Origin: Planctomycetota bacterium
Lineage (GTDB): Bacteria > Planctomycetota > SZUA-567 > H5-PLA8
Assembly (NCBI GenBank): GCA_038227875.1
Contig: JBBRPR010000013.1
Coordinates: 122,365 to 186,364, forward strand
Direction: 5' to 3'
Length of the DNA stretch: 64,000 nucleotides
The translations under genes and the position numbers were made by a program. Below the pieces are notes generated by a model, which ran no database searches, was not told the origin of the DNA, and saw only the letters and a list, made by a program, of their open reading frames with translations. This document shows, piece by piece, positions 48,872-57,532 of the stretch. Numbering within the stretch: position 1 is the first letter of the stretch; every line of letters starts with the position of its first letter.

Positions 48872-49429
48872 ATGTCTAAGAACACTGCCGCATTCGGCAT
48901 TTATTCGACGCGCTATGGCGTTGAAAATGCCGTCGACGCGCTGAAGACGGCCGGCTATCGCAACACGGATATCTCGGTCCTGTTCCCGCACAACGAAGGC
49001 TCGAAGGATTTCGCAACGGAAAAGAACACCAAGGCGCCGGAAGGCGCGGCCACGGGCGCCGGCACGGGCGCGGTGGTTGGCGGAGCGCTGGGCTGGCTGG
49101 CGGGCATTGGCGCGCTGGCGATCCCGGGCGTCGGTCCGTTCATCGCTGCCGGTCCGATCATGGCGGCGCTGGCTGGAGTGGGCGTCGGTGGCGCGCTGGG
49201 CGGCATCACGGGAGCCTTGATTGGCCTCGGCATGCCGGAATACGAAGCGAAGCGCTACGCGGGCCGCATTGACAAGGGTTGCATTCTTCTTTCGGTGCAC
49301 TGTGACGATGCCGATTGGACCAAGAAGGCGACCGAAATTCTCAAGCGCACCGGCGCGGAAGACATCTCCTCCACGGGCGAAGCGAAGGCCGACTTCGAAG
49401 TGAGCGAGAAGCCGCATCAGCGCGCGTAA
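48872..49429 (+). CDS. General stress/DUF3341-like membrane protein
   Basis: TKAPEGAATGAGTG, LAIPGVGPFIAAGP, GMPEYEAKRY; AAGGAG RBS. Confidence 0.85.
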   Translation: MSKNTAAFGIYSTRYGVENAVDALKTAGYRNTDISVLFPHNEGSKDFATEKNTKAPEGAATGAGTGAVVGGALGWLAGIGALAIPGVGPFIAAGPIMAALAGVGVGGALGGITGALIGLGMPEYEAKRYAGRIDKGCILLSVHCDDADWTKKATEILKRTGAEDISSTGEAKADFEVSEKPHQRA

Positions 49430-49512
49430 TCGAACGTGAACGGCACTACCCATTCGATTGCGGCGGGCACCAATAGATTCGGGCCCGCCGCAATCCTTAA
49501 GGAGAGAAAATC

Positions 49513-49734
49513 ATGAAAGGCACCATGCTCGCGGCGATTGTGTTGATTGCGATCGGCATCATTTCCCTGGCCTACCAGGGGATCAGCTACACGACGAACA
49601 AAAACGTGATCGACCTGGGGCCGATCAAAGCGACGACGCGCGAAGAGAAGACGATTCCTCTGCCGCCGATTATCGGAGCTCTGGCGCTGGCGGGCGGAAT
49701 CGCCTTGCTGGTTATGAACAAGCGTAATGCGTAA
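49513..49734 (+). CDS. DUF3185-like small membrane protein
   Basis: LAYQGISYTT..DLGP..KTIPLPPIIG; AAGGAG RBS. Confidence 0.8.
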   Translation: MKGTMLAAIVLIAIGIISLAYQGISYTTNKNVIDLGPIKATTREEKTIPLPPIIGALALAGGIALLVMNKRNA

Positions 49735-49741
49735 GCGCGCG

Positions 49742-49842
49742 AGTAGCCCGTGGATTAGTCACTGGGCCACGCCGCGAAACGCCTCAACAGCCAGTCGTTT
49801 CACGGAAAAATATGGCTGAATAGACGTTTTCGTCGGGCTGTC
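49742..49842. mobile_element. 101-bp MITE-like element, copy 2 (diverged, opposite orientation)
   Basis: GCCGCGAAACGCCT..CGTTTCACGGA..CGGGCTG aligns to the reverse complement of 28913-29013. Confidence 0.65.
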
Positions 49843-50359
49843 AGGGGCCAGGAGTCAAGGGCCAGAGATTGGGACGCGCTCTGGCCGAGGACTCGCGGGT
49901 TGCGCGATCGGGGTTGAGTTGACAGGAAGATGGGGCTGCCCTGCCCCACGCGACGCGCCCAACCAATCCAAATTGCAAGACAACCATTATTGACCCTACT
50001 GCAAACGCGACGTCCATCTGGCACCCGTCTCAACGGCGAGACGGGTGGCACCCTTGCATTGCGAATGCACTCGAATTATTTTCGGATGTCTAAAGAATTT
50101 GCTCGTGAAGTTCGTAGTGATAGCGGCAGCTCATCGATTCAACTTCTCAACGCTGTTCTCTTCGATCGGGCAGATCAAATTTTTCTGCTTCGACTCCGCC
50201 AGTCCAATTCGAAATTCGCAATCCGAAATCCGCAATTCGAAATCCTCAATCCGCAAAGTGGTTCCCGGCTATAATCGCGGCTTCGCTTTGTAATCTCGTT
50301 TCGCAGGCCATACGCGCTATATTGTCACACGCAATTACGAGAGCCCCTAGGAATCGTCC

Positions 50360-51475
50360 ATGCCTGCGTTTTTGAAACCGTCGTTAAACTGGCTGCTGAT
50401 CTTTGTCCCGGCGGCGGCGTTCCTCCATTATAGGATGCCGGAGCACGCGCTCCTGGTCTTCGGCGCGTCGTGTCTGGCCATCATTCCGCTGGCGGGATGG
50501 ATGGGGCATGCGACGGAGGAACTGGCGGAACATACCGGCGAAGCGATCGGCGGGCTGCTCAACGCCACGTTCGGCAACGCGGCGGAGTTGATCATCGCGC
50601 TCGTCGCGCTGCAGGCTGGACATTACGACATCGTCAAAGCGTCGCTGACCGGATCGATCATCGGGAATCTGCTGCTGGTCCTCGGCGCCTCGTTTCTCGC
50701 GGGCGGATTGAAGTTCAAGCATCAACGCTACAGCGCGGCACTGGCCCGTAACCAGACAACCATTTTGACGCTCGCGGCCATCGCACTCGTGGCGCCGATG
50801 GGGTTTCACTATTTTGCTTCGAAGGCCAACGCTGCTCATGCCGGCGAGGCGGGAGTGGTGGCTCCGCACGAACACGACTTGAGCCTCGCGATTTCCATCG
50901 TGCTGCTGGTCACCTATGGGCTGAGCCTCCTGTTCTCGCTGCACACACATAAGAAATTGTTTATCGGTTCCGGCTCCTTGCACGAAGCGGTACGCCCGGA
51001 TGCGTGGAGCGTCAAGCGTTCCGTGGGCGTGTTGCTGCTGGCCACGGCACTGATCGCGTGGATCAGCGAATTCCTGGTCGGCTCGGTCGAACACGCGGCG
51101 CATGAGTTGGGAATGAGCAGCGTGTTTGTCGGCGTGATCGTCGTCGCCATCGTCGGCAACGCCGCCGAACACAGCACGGCGATTCTGATGGCGCTGAAGG
51201 ACCGTATGCAACTGTCGCTGAGCATCGCCATCGGTTCGAGTTTGCAGATCGCGCTGTTCGTCGCGCCGGTGCTGGTGCTGGCCAGTTATGCTATTGGCAA
51301 AGCGGGTCCGATGGATCTTAATTTCACGCCGCCGGAAGTGATCGCGGTGCTCGTGTCCGTGCTGATCATCGAGCAGATCTGCACGGACGGGGAATCCAAC
51401 TGGCTGGAAGGCGCGCAGTTGCTGTCGTTGTATTTGATCATTGGATTGGTGTTTTATTATTTACCGGCGCACTGA
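50360..51475 (+). CDS. cax: Calcium/proton exchanger (CAX family)
   Basis: [28 protein letters not shown]. Confidence 0.93.
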   Translation: MPAFLKPSLNWLLIFVPAAAFLHYRMPEHALLVFGASCLAIIPLAGWMGHATEELAEHTGEAIGGLLNATFGNAAELIIALVALQAGHYDIVKASLTGSIIGNLLLVLGASFLAGGLKFKHQRYSAALARNQTTILTLAAIALVAPMGFHYFASKANAAHAGEAGVVAPHEHDLSLAISIVLLVTYGLSLLFSLHTHKKLFIGSGSLHEAVRPDAWSVKRSVGVLLLATALIAWISEFLVGSVEHAAHELGMSSVFVGVIVVAIVGNAAEHSTAILMALKDRMQLSLSIAIGSSLQIALFVAPVLVLASYAIGKAGPMDLNFTPPEVIAVLVSVLIIEQICTDGESNWLEGAQLLSLYLIIGLVFYYLPAH

Positions 51476-51500
51476 GAAATCGCTGAGCGACGGATGGTCT

Positions 51501-51656
51501 GGTGCCACGGATGCGCGGACGTTAGGGCGTAGCGAAAGCGTCTGTTCATCCGTGCGTGACGCGCGGCCTTCCCTGCGCTCCACCATTGCAATGCTACCAG
51601 GGCACGGATGAACGGATGCTTTCGCGATGCTCAAGCATCCGCGCATCCATGGCACC
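51501..51656. repeat. Long imperfect nested palindrome built on CACGGATG motifs
   Basis: 51501-51521 pairs with 51636-51656; 51531-51555 pairs with 51602-51626. Confidence 0.75.
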
Positions 51657-51752
51657 ACGGCGGATTCATCGTTCATCGCACATCGTTCCAAACCTCATTT
51701 CCATCACAACAACGCAGAGCTATACTGAAGTCACAGCACTGCGAGGACACTG

Positions 51753-52826
51753 ATGGCCGCGTACAATTACTCTCCCAAAGTCGTCGATCATTTTCTCCAC
51801 CCGCGCCATCTGGGCACGATTGCGGACAAGGAAGTGGATACGGCGGCTGAACGACTGGTCAGCGCCGATGCGGGCGTGGTCACGCGCGGGGATGCGCTGC
51901 GGATCTCACTGCGGGTGCGCATCAGCGACGAGACGGTCGTCGACGCGCGCTTCCTGAATTTCGGCACGGGGCTGCCGATCGCCAGCGCGTCGTACGTGTG
52001 CGACACGATCATCGGCAAGAAGCTGAGCGAGGCGACGAAACTCAGCGTGCAGGATCTCGACACGGCGCTCGATGGACTGCCGGAACTGAAATCCAATCAA
52101 CCCGTGCTGATTCTCGATGCGCTCAATAGCGCGGTGAATCTGTTCCGCGGACATGCGCCGGTGAAAGTCGCGAAAGTTGAGAAGGCCGAGCCGCTGATCT
52201 GCTACTGCTTCCGCGTCCCGGAATCGGTGATCGAACGGGCGATCCGGCTGCGCGGGCTGACCACGTCGGAGGCCATCACGGCCGCGACGCACGCCGGCGG
52301 CGGCTGCCATACCTGTTACATGGACCTTGAGGACATCCTCGCCCGCTGCAAACGCGGTGAATACAAGGTTCACATCCCCGAGGACGAATACTACGCGGCG
52401 CATAAGCTGTACGGCATTCCGATGCCGTCGGCCGAAGAGCTGGCGCGCAATCCCAAGCCGGAAGTGGTGCAGACGTCGAAAGTCGCGCCGGATGGGTTTG
52501 TCTATCCGGATAAGTCGCCGGTCGCGGAACTGGTCTCGACGGTCGCGCGCAAGCCGCGCCCGCACAAGGCCTGGAACGAACTGACGCGCGAGGAACGGCT
52601 GGCGTGGATCGAGGATGTGCTCGAGCACGATTTGCGGCCGGCGATCCGCAGCGACGGCGGCGACGTCAAGCTGATGGACTTGAAAGAGAACCGCGTGCTG
52701 GTATCGCTACACGGCCATTGCAAGAACTGTCACAGTTCGTTGAGCACCCTGAAGCTGGGGATTGAGAAGCGACTGCAGGAGACGGTGTGGCCGGAGCTGG
52801 AGATTGAAGAAGTCATTACGCCGTAG
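51753..52826 (+). CDS. NifU-like three-domain Fe-S protein (degenerate IscU domain, BFD-like [2Fe-2S] domain, Nfu domain)
   Basis: YSPKVVDHFLHPR; ICYCF..GGGCHTC; RPAIRSDGGDV..GHCKNC. Confidence 0.85.
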   Translation: MAAYNYSPKVVDHFLHPRHLGTIADKEVDTAAERLVSADAGVVTRGDALRISLRVRISDETVVDARFLNFGTGLPIASASYVCDTIIGKKLSEATKLSVQDLDTALDGLPELKSNQPVLILDALNSAVNLFRGHAPVKVAKVEKAEPLICYCFRVPESVIERAIRLRGLTTSEAITAATHAGGGCHTCYMDLEDILARCKRGEYKVHIPEDEYYAAHKLYGIPMPSAEELARNPKPEVVQTSKVAPDGFVYPDKSPVAELVSTVARKPRPHKAWNELTREERLAWIEDVLEHDLRPAIRSDGGDVKLMDLKENRVLVSLHGHCKNCHSSLSTLKLGIEKRLQETVWPELEIEEVITP

Positions 52827-52851
52827 GATTGGCAACGTTTCACCGTGATTC

Positions 52852-53022
52852 GAACAGATGGGATCGGGGATCGGGGATCGGGCATCGGGCATCGGGCATC
52901 GGTCAGTGGGTGTGCGCGGATTCGGAAGCAGTAAATCCGCCCCGATGGGCGAATCATTTGTTCGGCAAGGGCCGATACCCAACGACCGAGGCCTGATGCC
53001 CGATCCCCGATGCCATCTGTTC
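52852..53022. repeat. Inverted-repeat element with GATCGGG/CATCGGG heptamer arms, copy 2
   Basis: GAACAGATGGGATCGGGG.. / ..CCCCGATGCCATCTGTTC; shares GGCATCGGTCAGT.GGTGTGCGC with copy 1. Confidence 0.85.
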
Positions 53023-53064
53023 TCGTGCGAAAATTTTACCATTAAGAACCAGGAGCTGCCCACC

Positions 53065-53631
53065 TTGAGTATTCGTCCCGACACATGGATCGCCAAGATG
53101 GCGACGGAGCAAGGCATGATTCGGCCGTTCGAACCGGAGCAGGTGCGGGCGGTCGACAACAAGCCGGTCGTCTCGTACGGCTTGTCGTCGTTCGGCTACG
53201 ATGTGCGCGTCGCCGACGAATTTCGCATCTTCACGAACGTGTACAGCAACATCGTCGATCCCAAGGCGTTCGATTCGCGCGGGCTGTTTGAGTTCAAGGG
53301 TCCGGTCTGCGATATTCCGCCTAACAGCTTCGCGCTGGCGATCACGATGGAAACCTTCCGCATTCCGCGTAATGTGCTGACGTTGTGCGTGGGCAAGTCG
53401 ACCTACGCGCGCTGCGGAATCATCGTGAATGTGACGCCGTTCGAGCCGGGTTGGGAAGGCCGGGCGGTGCTGGAGATTTCCAACAGCACGCCCCTCCCCG
53501 CGCGCATCTACGCGGGAGAAGGCATCGCACAGGTCTTATTTTTTGAAAGTCCGGAGCCCTGTGCCACGTCATATTCTGAACGGCAGGGGAAGTACCAGGG
53601 TCAGCGGCAGATCACCTTTCCGAAAGTTTGA
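53065..53631 (+). CDS. dcd: dCTP deaminase
   Basis: [45 protein letters not shown] start after AGGAG. Confidence 0.95.
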   Translation: MSIRPDTWIAKMATEQGMIRPFEPEQVRAVDNKPVVSYGLSSFGYDVRVADEFRIFTNVYSNIVDPKAFDSRGLFEFKGPVCDIPPNSFALAITMETFRIPRNVLTLCVGKSTYARCGIIVNVTPFEPGWEGRAVLEISNSTPLPARIYAGEGIAQVLFFESPEPCATSYSERQGKYQGQRQITFPKV

Positions 53632-53643
53632 GGTCAACCATCA

Positions 53644-54105
53644 GTGGCACGCATAAAACTCTATACCGTGGATGAAGCCGAGAAGACGCTGCCGTTTGTG
53701 AAGCGGATCGTCAGCGACATCGTCAAGACCTTCGAAGAACGCGAAAAGCGTGTGATCGACCGCCAGAAGCTCGGCCCCAGCCCCGCGCCCGGTACGAAGG
53801 CCGAGGAGCGCGCGCTGGAACTGGAACGCGAGATCGAAACGTTCGACACGGAGATCCAACGCTTCCACGAGGAGCTCCAGAAAGTCGGCGTGGAGATCAA
53901 GGACCTGCGCATTGGCCTGATCGATTTTTACTCCCGCTACGACGGCCGCATCGTTTATCTGTGCTGGAAACTCGATGAAGGCGAGACGCTGGGCTGGTGG
54001 CACGACCTTCAAGGCGGATTCCGCGGCCGCCAACCGATCACGCCGGTTAACCGCGGCCGTTTCAAAGGTCTCGGCTCGGGCGAGAAGTTCGTGGAGCTGG
54101 CATGA
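53644..54105 (+). CDS. DUF2203-family protein
   Basis: YTVDEAEKTLP, KDLRIGLIDF, YLCWKLDE, WHDLQGGFRGRQP. Confidence 0.85.
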   Translation: MARIKLYTVDEAEKTLPFVKRIVSDIVKTFEEREKRVIDRQKLGPSPAPGTKAEERALELEREIETFDTEIQRFHEELQKVGVEIKDLRIGLIDFYSRYDGRIVYLCWKLDEGETLGWWHDLQGGFRGRQPITPVNRGRFKGLGSGEKFVELA

Positions 54106-54569
54106 AGCACGCGACGCTCGTTTCCGCTTTCCTGGTGTTGCTGCTAATCTGCGGAGTGACTCACGCCGCGGACACCGGTGAGAACGATAAGCAGAAGGCC
54201 GACCTGGCCGCGCTCAACGGCACGTGGCTGATGGTCGCCGCGGAAGAAGACGGCCAGAAAACGCCGGCCGCCGAGCAGAAAAAGCTCGACATCCATCTCA
54301 CGCTCAAAGACGGCAAGTATTCGATCACCACGGCGGGCGACCCGACCGAGGCGGGTGCGTTCACGGTCGACGCCACTCAGAAGGTGAAAACCGTCGACGT
54401 CACGTCCAGCGACGGGCCGATGAAGGACAAGAAGATCCAAGGCATCTACAAACTCGACGGCGACACGTTGACACTGTGTTACGATTTAAGCGGCGAGAGC
54501 CGCCCAGCCACGTTTGGATCAAAAGCGGGGACGAGTCTGCTGCTGGCAGTTTACTCCCGGATGAAATAG
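54102..54569 (+). CDS. TIGR03067-like Planctomycete domain protein, secreted
   Basis: DLAALNGTW, GIYKLDGDTLTLCY..RPATF. Confidence 0.85.
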   Translation: MKHATLVSAFLVLLLICGVTHAADTGENDKQKADLAALNGTWLMVAAEEDGQKTPAAEQKKLDIHLTLKDGKYSITTAGDPTEAGAFTVDATQKVKTVDVTSSDGPMKDKKIQGIYKLDGDTLTLCYDLSGESRPATFGSKAGTSLLLAVYSRMK

Positions 54570-54577
54570 GGCCCCAC

Positions 54578-55174
54578 ATGCGCGTACTTGCCGGAACCGC
54601 TCGAAGCGTACCTCTGAAGACCGTGCCGGATATGAATACCCGGCCGATTTTGGATCGCGTTAAAAAAAGTCTTTTCTCAATTTTGGAGTCCTCCACGCTT
54701 ATTTTGGACGCACGGGTGGCGGACCTTTACGCGGGACCGGGCACGCAAGGAATTGAGGCGCTATCACGAGGTGCAGAGTCCTGCCTTTTTGTAGAAAAGC
54801 GTGCTGATGCCGTAAAGTTGATCGAGGAAAACTTGGCCAAGACGCGCCTGAAAGAGAAAGCGACTGTCCGCTGCGGATTCGTGACACCTATATTGCAAAC
54901 CCTGTTGCGGCAAGCGACTCCGCCGTTGTTCGATCTGATCCTTTACGATCCTCCCTTTATTAACGTGCGGGACGAGAACCTGAAGTCGGCAACGGATGCC
55001 GAGATGAGTCTGGCGGGGCAGTTGCTTTATCCAGGTCATGCGCGGCTGGTGCTGCGCTGCGAAAAGAAGGCGACACCCCCCCAGCCCAACGGTTTGAAAT
55101 TAGAGCGACACTGGGTCGATGGACCTCACGCGTTTTACTTTTTTTCGTCCGATAAGAGTAGACAACTAACCTAA
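54578..55174 (+). CDS. rsmD: 16S rRNA m2G966 methyltransferase, RsmD family
   Basis: MRVLAG, TRPILDRVKKSLF, DLYAGPG, EALSRGA, DPPF. Confidence 0.85.
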   Translation: MRVLAGTARSVPLKTVPDMNTRPILDRVKKSLFSILESSTLILDARVADLYAGPGTQGIEALSRGAESCLFVEKRADAVKLIEENLAKTRLKEKATVRCGFVTPILQTLLRQATPPLFDLILYDPPFINVRDENLKSATDAEMSLAGQLLYPGHARLVLRCEKKATPPQPNGLKLERHWVDGPHAFYFFSSDKSRQLT

Positions 55175-55302
55175 ACCCGCTATAGTTCCCGTCTTAATCC
55201 AGACGATGTGTGAAACAGCGGGAATTCAGTACAGGTCTGTTGACTTGCAGACCGATAGTTAAAAATGCATCGGGCTTGGACAGGACTCATTTAGGGGGCT
55301 AC

Positions 55303-55794
55303 ATGAAAAACACTTTGTCGGTGATCGCGTGCGCACTGTTGGTGATCGCCTCGAGCGGATGCAACCGTTCCGCTGCGCGTTCACGCCAGACGTCGCAGTC
55401 CGAAGTCGTCTATACGCAGGCGGCTCCGACCTATGAGTCCAGTTCCTCATCCTCCAGCGGCGCACCTGTGGTGAACGATTCGACGTTTGAGTCGGAAGTT
55501 TCCACCGCGAAGGTTGCACTCGTTGATTTCAATGCGCGCTGGTGCGGTCCTTGCCGCCGCATGGGTCCGGTCATTGACGCGTTGGCCAGCGAAGTGGGCG
55601 GCGACGCCAAGGTCGTGAAGCTCGACATCGACGAAAGCACCCGGACGGCGGACAAGTACGATGTCCACTCGATTCCCTGCCTGATCGTCTTCAAGGACGG
55701 CGCGGAAGTTGAACGTCACTACGGCATTCACACCCGCGAAGAGCTGAAGGCGTGGATGGGCCTGGGCGACAAGTCGGTGAGCCTCGCGCAGTAA
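55303..55794 (+). CDS. Thioredoxin with lipoprotein signal and Ser-rich linker
   Basis: ASSGC lipobox; WCGPC; SIP. Confidence 0.88.
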   Translation: MKNTLSVIACALLVIASSGCNRSAARSRQTSQSEVVYTQAAPTYESSSSSSSGAPVVNDSTFESEVSTAKVALVDFNARWCGPCRRMGPVIDALASEVGGDAKVVKLDIDESTRTADKYDVHSIPCLIVFKDGAEVERHYGIHTREELKAWMGLGDKSVSLAQ

Positions 55795-55817
55795 GAATTT
55801 AAGTTCCAGACGTACTC

Positions 55818-55856
55818 AACTGGCCCTTGGTGATGAACCAAGGGCCAGTTTCATTT
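55818..55856 (+). terminator. Rho-independent terminator
   Basis: AACTGGCCCTTGG-TGATGAA-CCAAGGGCCAGTTTCATTT. Confidence 0.8.
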
Positions 55857-55874
55857 CCAGACCCTGATTATTGA

Positions 55875-56023
55875 TCTCACGCAAAGCCGCAAAGGCGCTA
55901 AGAACAGCAACGGATTTTTGTTGATGCTCGATACCTAACGCGATGATCGCAGTGAAGTTAGCTCGCGCTCTACCTTTTAGAAGTCAGTGGCTGTTCTTTG
56001 CGGCTTCGCGGCTTTGCGTGCGA
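55875..56023. repeat. CACGCAAAGCCGC-family inverted-repeat element
   Basis: Arms 55875-55910 and 55990-56023 are imperfect reverse complements. Confidence 0.8.
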
Positions 56024-56039
56024 ATAAGAAACTCCGCGA

Positions 56040-57518
56040 TCAATGCATGCGGTGGTAAACTTGCAGCGTCAGGACGCTCATGGCGGTGGAATAGATCATG
56101 CCGGCGTGATTGGACCAGATGTCGTTGGTGCGCCAGCAGCCGTCGTTGCTCTGCATCTCCAGCACCGACTTCTTCATCGCTTCGTGCCAGACGTCCCAGT
56201 CCTTGCCGCCGAGCAGAAATAGACCGTAGGTGCCGAAGTACATCGCGTAGGGATCGTAGCTCTTGCGCGCGATGTCGTTGTCGTTCTGTTTGTTCGGGGC
56301 CCAGCCTTCGCCCCAGTTGCTCTGCGACTTGGGGGTCGCGGTCGAGAGTTTCTGGCCCATCGTTTTGAAGATCGGCGTGTGCGCGTCCTCGCCCAGCAGC
56401 AGCCGCGCCATCAGGCCGGCGCCGCAGAGGCTGGGACGGAAGGCCTTGTCGGTGTCGAACTTGAGGCCGTAAACGACGCGACCGTCGGGCTGCGTGGCCT
56501 TCTGGTACATCTCCAGCGCCCGCTTCATCGTGTCTTCCGGGACGTCCAAACCGGCTTCGCGGCCGGCGTAGAGCGCCTGAACCTGCCACGCGCTGACGGA
56601 GGTGTCGGCTTCGCCTTCGGCGTTGCCGTAGTAGTTCCAGCCGTTGAGCGAGTTCTGCGTCTTGACGATGTAGTTGAGGCCCCGCTGCGCGCTGTCGCGA
56701 ATGTACTCGTCGCCGGTCAGTCCCGCGGCTTCGCACATGGCCAGCGTGGCCATGCCGTGGCTGTACATGAAATTCACGCCGTCGCCGGAGGTTGGACCGT
56801 AGACGCCCGTGACGGGATCCTGCTTGGAGGTGATCCACTTCACGGCATCGTGAACGCGTTTCTCGTAGATGCTTTTCTTGCCGCCGTCGCTGACCCAGGT
56901 TTCACCGTCGCCGAGGAACGCCAGCACGGCCAGGCTGGTCACGCCCATCTGGCCCCATTGGTAGGTCTTGGTGTCAAAGCCCGCCCAGTGCGTCGGGAAG
57001 GTTTCCACCGGGAAGCTGCCGTCCTGGTTCTGGCGGCCGGCGATGAACCTCAAGCCCAGGTCGATCGCTTCGCGCACGCCGCGCGGGCTCTTGTCGGGAT
57101 TGACGTCGCCCTTGTTGGCGCGCAGCAGCAGGCCGCGGATCGGTTCGGTGCGGTAGCCAAAGACGCGCGCGGCATGGCCCGTGACCGTCGGATTGGGGCG
57201 AGGATCGACGTAGCCCTTGTCGAGCGTCGGAATGTCGGGGGCGGGAACGGATCCGGCTGGAACTGCGGCCACGGCGGAACCATCGTAGTGCAAAGGCTTG
57301 TCGTAGAGATCATTGAACGCATAGAAAGCCGCGGCCACCAGGATCATCGCCGCAAACGCCCAGCGCAGCGCGCCTTCGATCTGCAGCCCACGGCGCTCGG
57401 CCATGTCGTCGAGCACCGACTCGGCCATCATGTCGAAATTGGCGTGGGATCGTTGCCCGCAACGCGGACAGTGCTCCGAGCGGATGGGCATATCGAAGTT
57501 ACAGTGCATGCACTTCAA
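56040..57518 (-). CDS. Prenyltransferase/squalene-oxidase-repeat protein with N-terminal Zn ribbon and TM
   Basis: CMHC..CPRC; QNQDGSF, YSHGMATLAMCEA, DTSVSAWQVQAL, QSNDGCW. Confidence 0.82.
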   Translation of the reverse strand: MKCMHCNFDMPIRSEHCPRCGQRSHANFDMMAESVLDDMAERRGLQIEGALRWAFAAMILVAAAFYAFNDLYDKPLHYDGSAVAAVPAGSVPAPDIPTLDKGYVDPRPNPTVTGHAARVFGYRTEPIRGLLLRANKGDVNPDKSPRGVREAIDLGLRFIAGRQNQDGSFPVETFPTHWAGFDTKTYQWGQMGVTSLAVLAFLGDGETWVSDGGKKSIYEKRVHDAVKWITSKQDPVTGVYGPTSGDGVNFMYSHGMATLAMCEAAGLTGDEYIRDSAQRGLNYIVKTQNSLNGWNYYGNAEGEADTSVSAWQVQALYAGREAGLDVPEDTMKRALEMYQKATQPDGRVVYGLKFDTDKAFRPSLCGAGLMARLLLGEDAHTPIFKTMGQKLSTATPKSQSNWGEGWAPNKQNDNDIARKSYDPYAMYFGTYGLFLLGGKDWDVWHEAMKKSVLEMQSNDGCWRTNDIWSNHAGMIYSTAMSVLTLQVYHRMH

Positions 57519-57532
57519 AGTAGGAACTCCCT

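Noticed and set aside
49843..50359. Possible ncRNA or ORF in the long intergenic region
   Set aside because: Only short hairpins (e.g. CACCCGTCTC/GAGACGGGTG near 50022-50047) and heptamer repeats; no recognisable RNA family.
51753..52826. Nitrogen fixation locus
   Set aside because: No other nif genes; NifU-type proteins also occur in non-diazotrophs.
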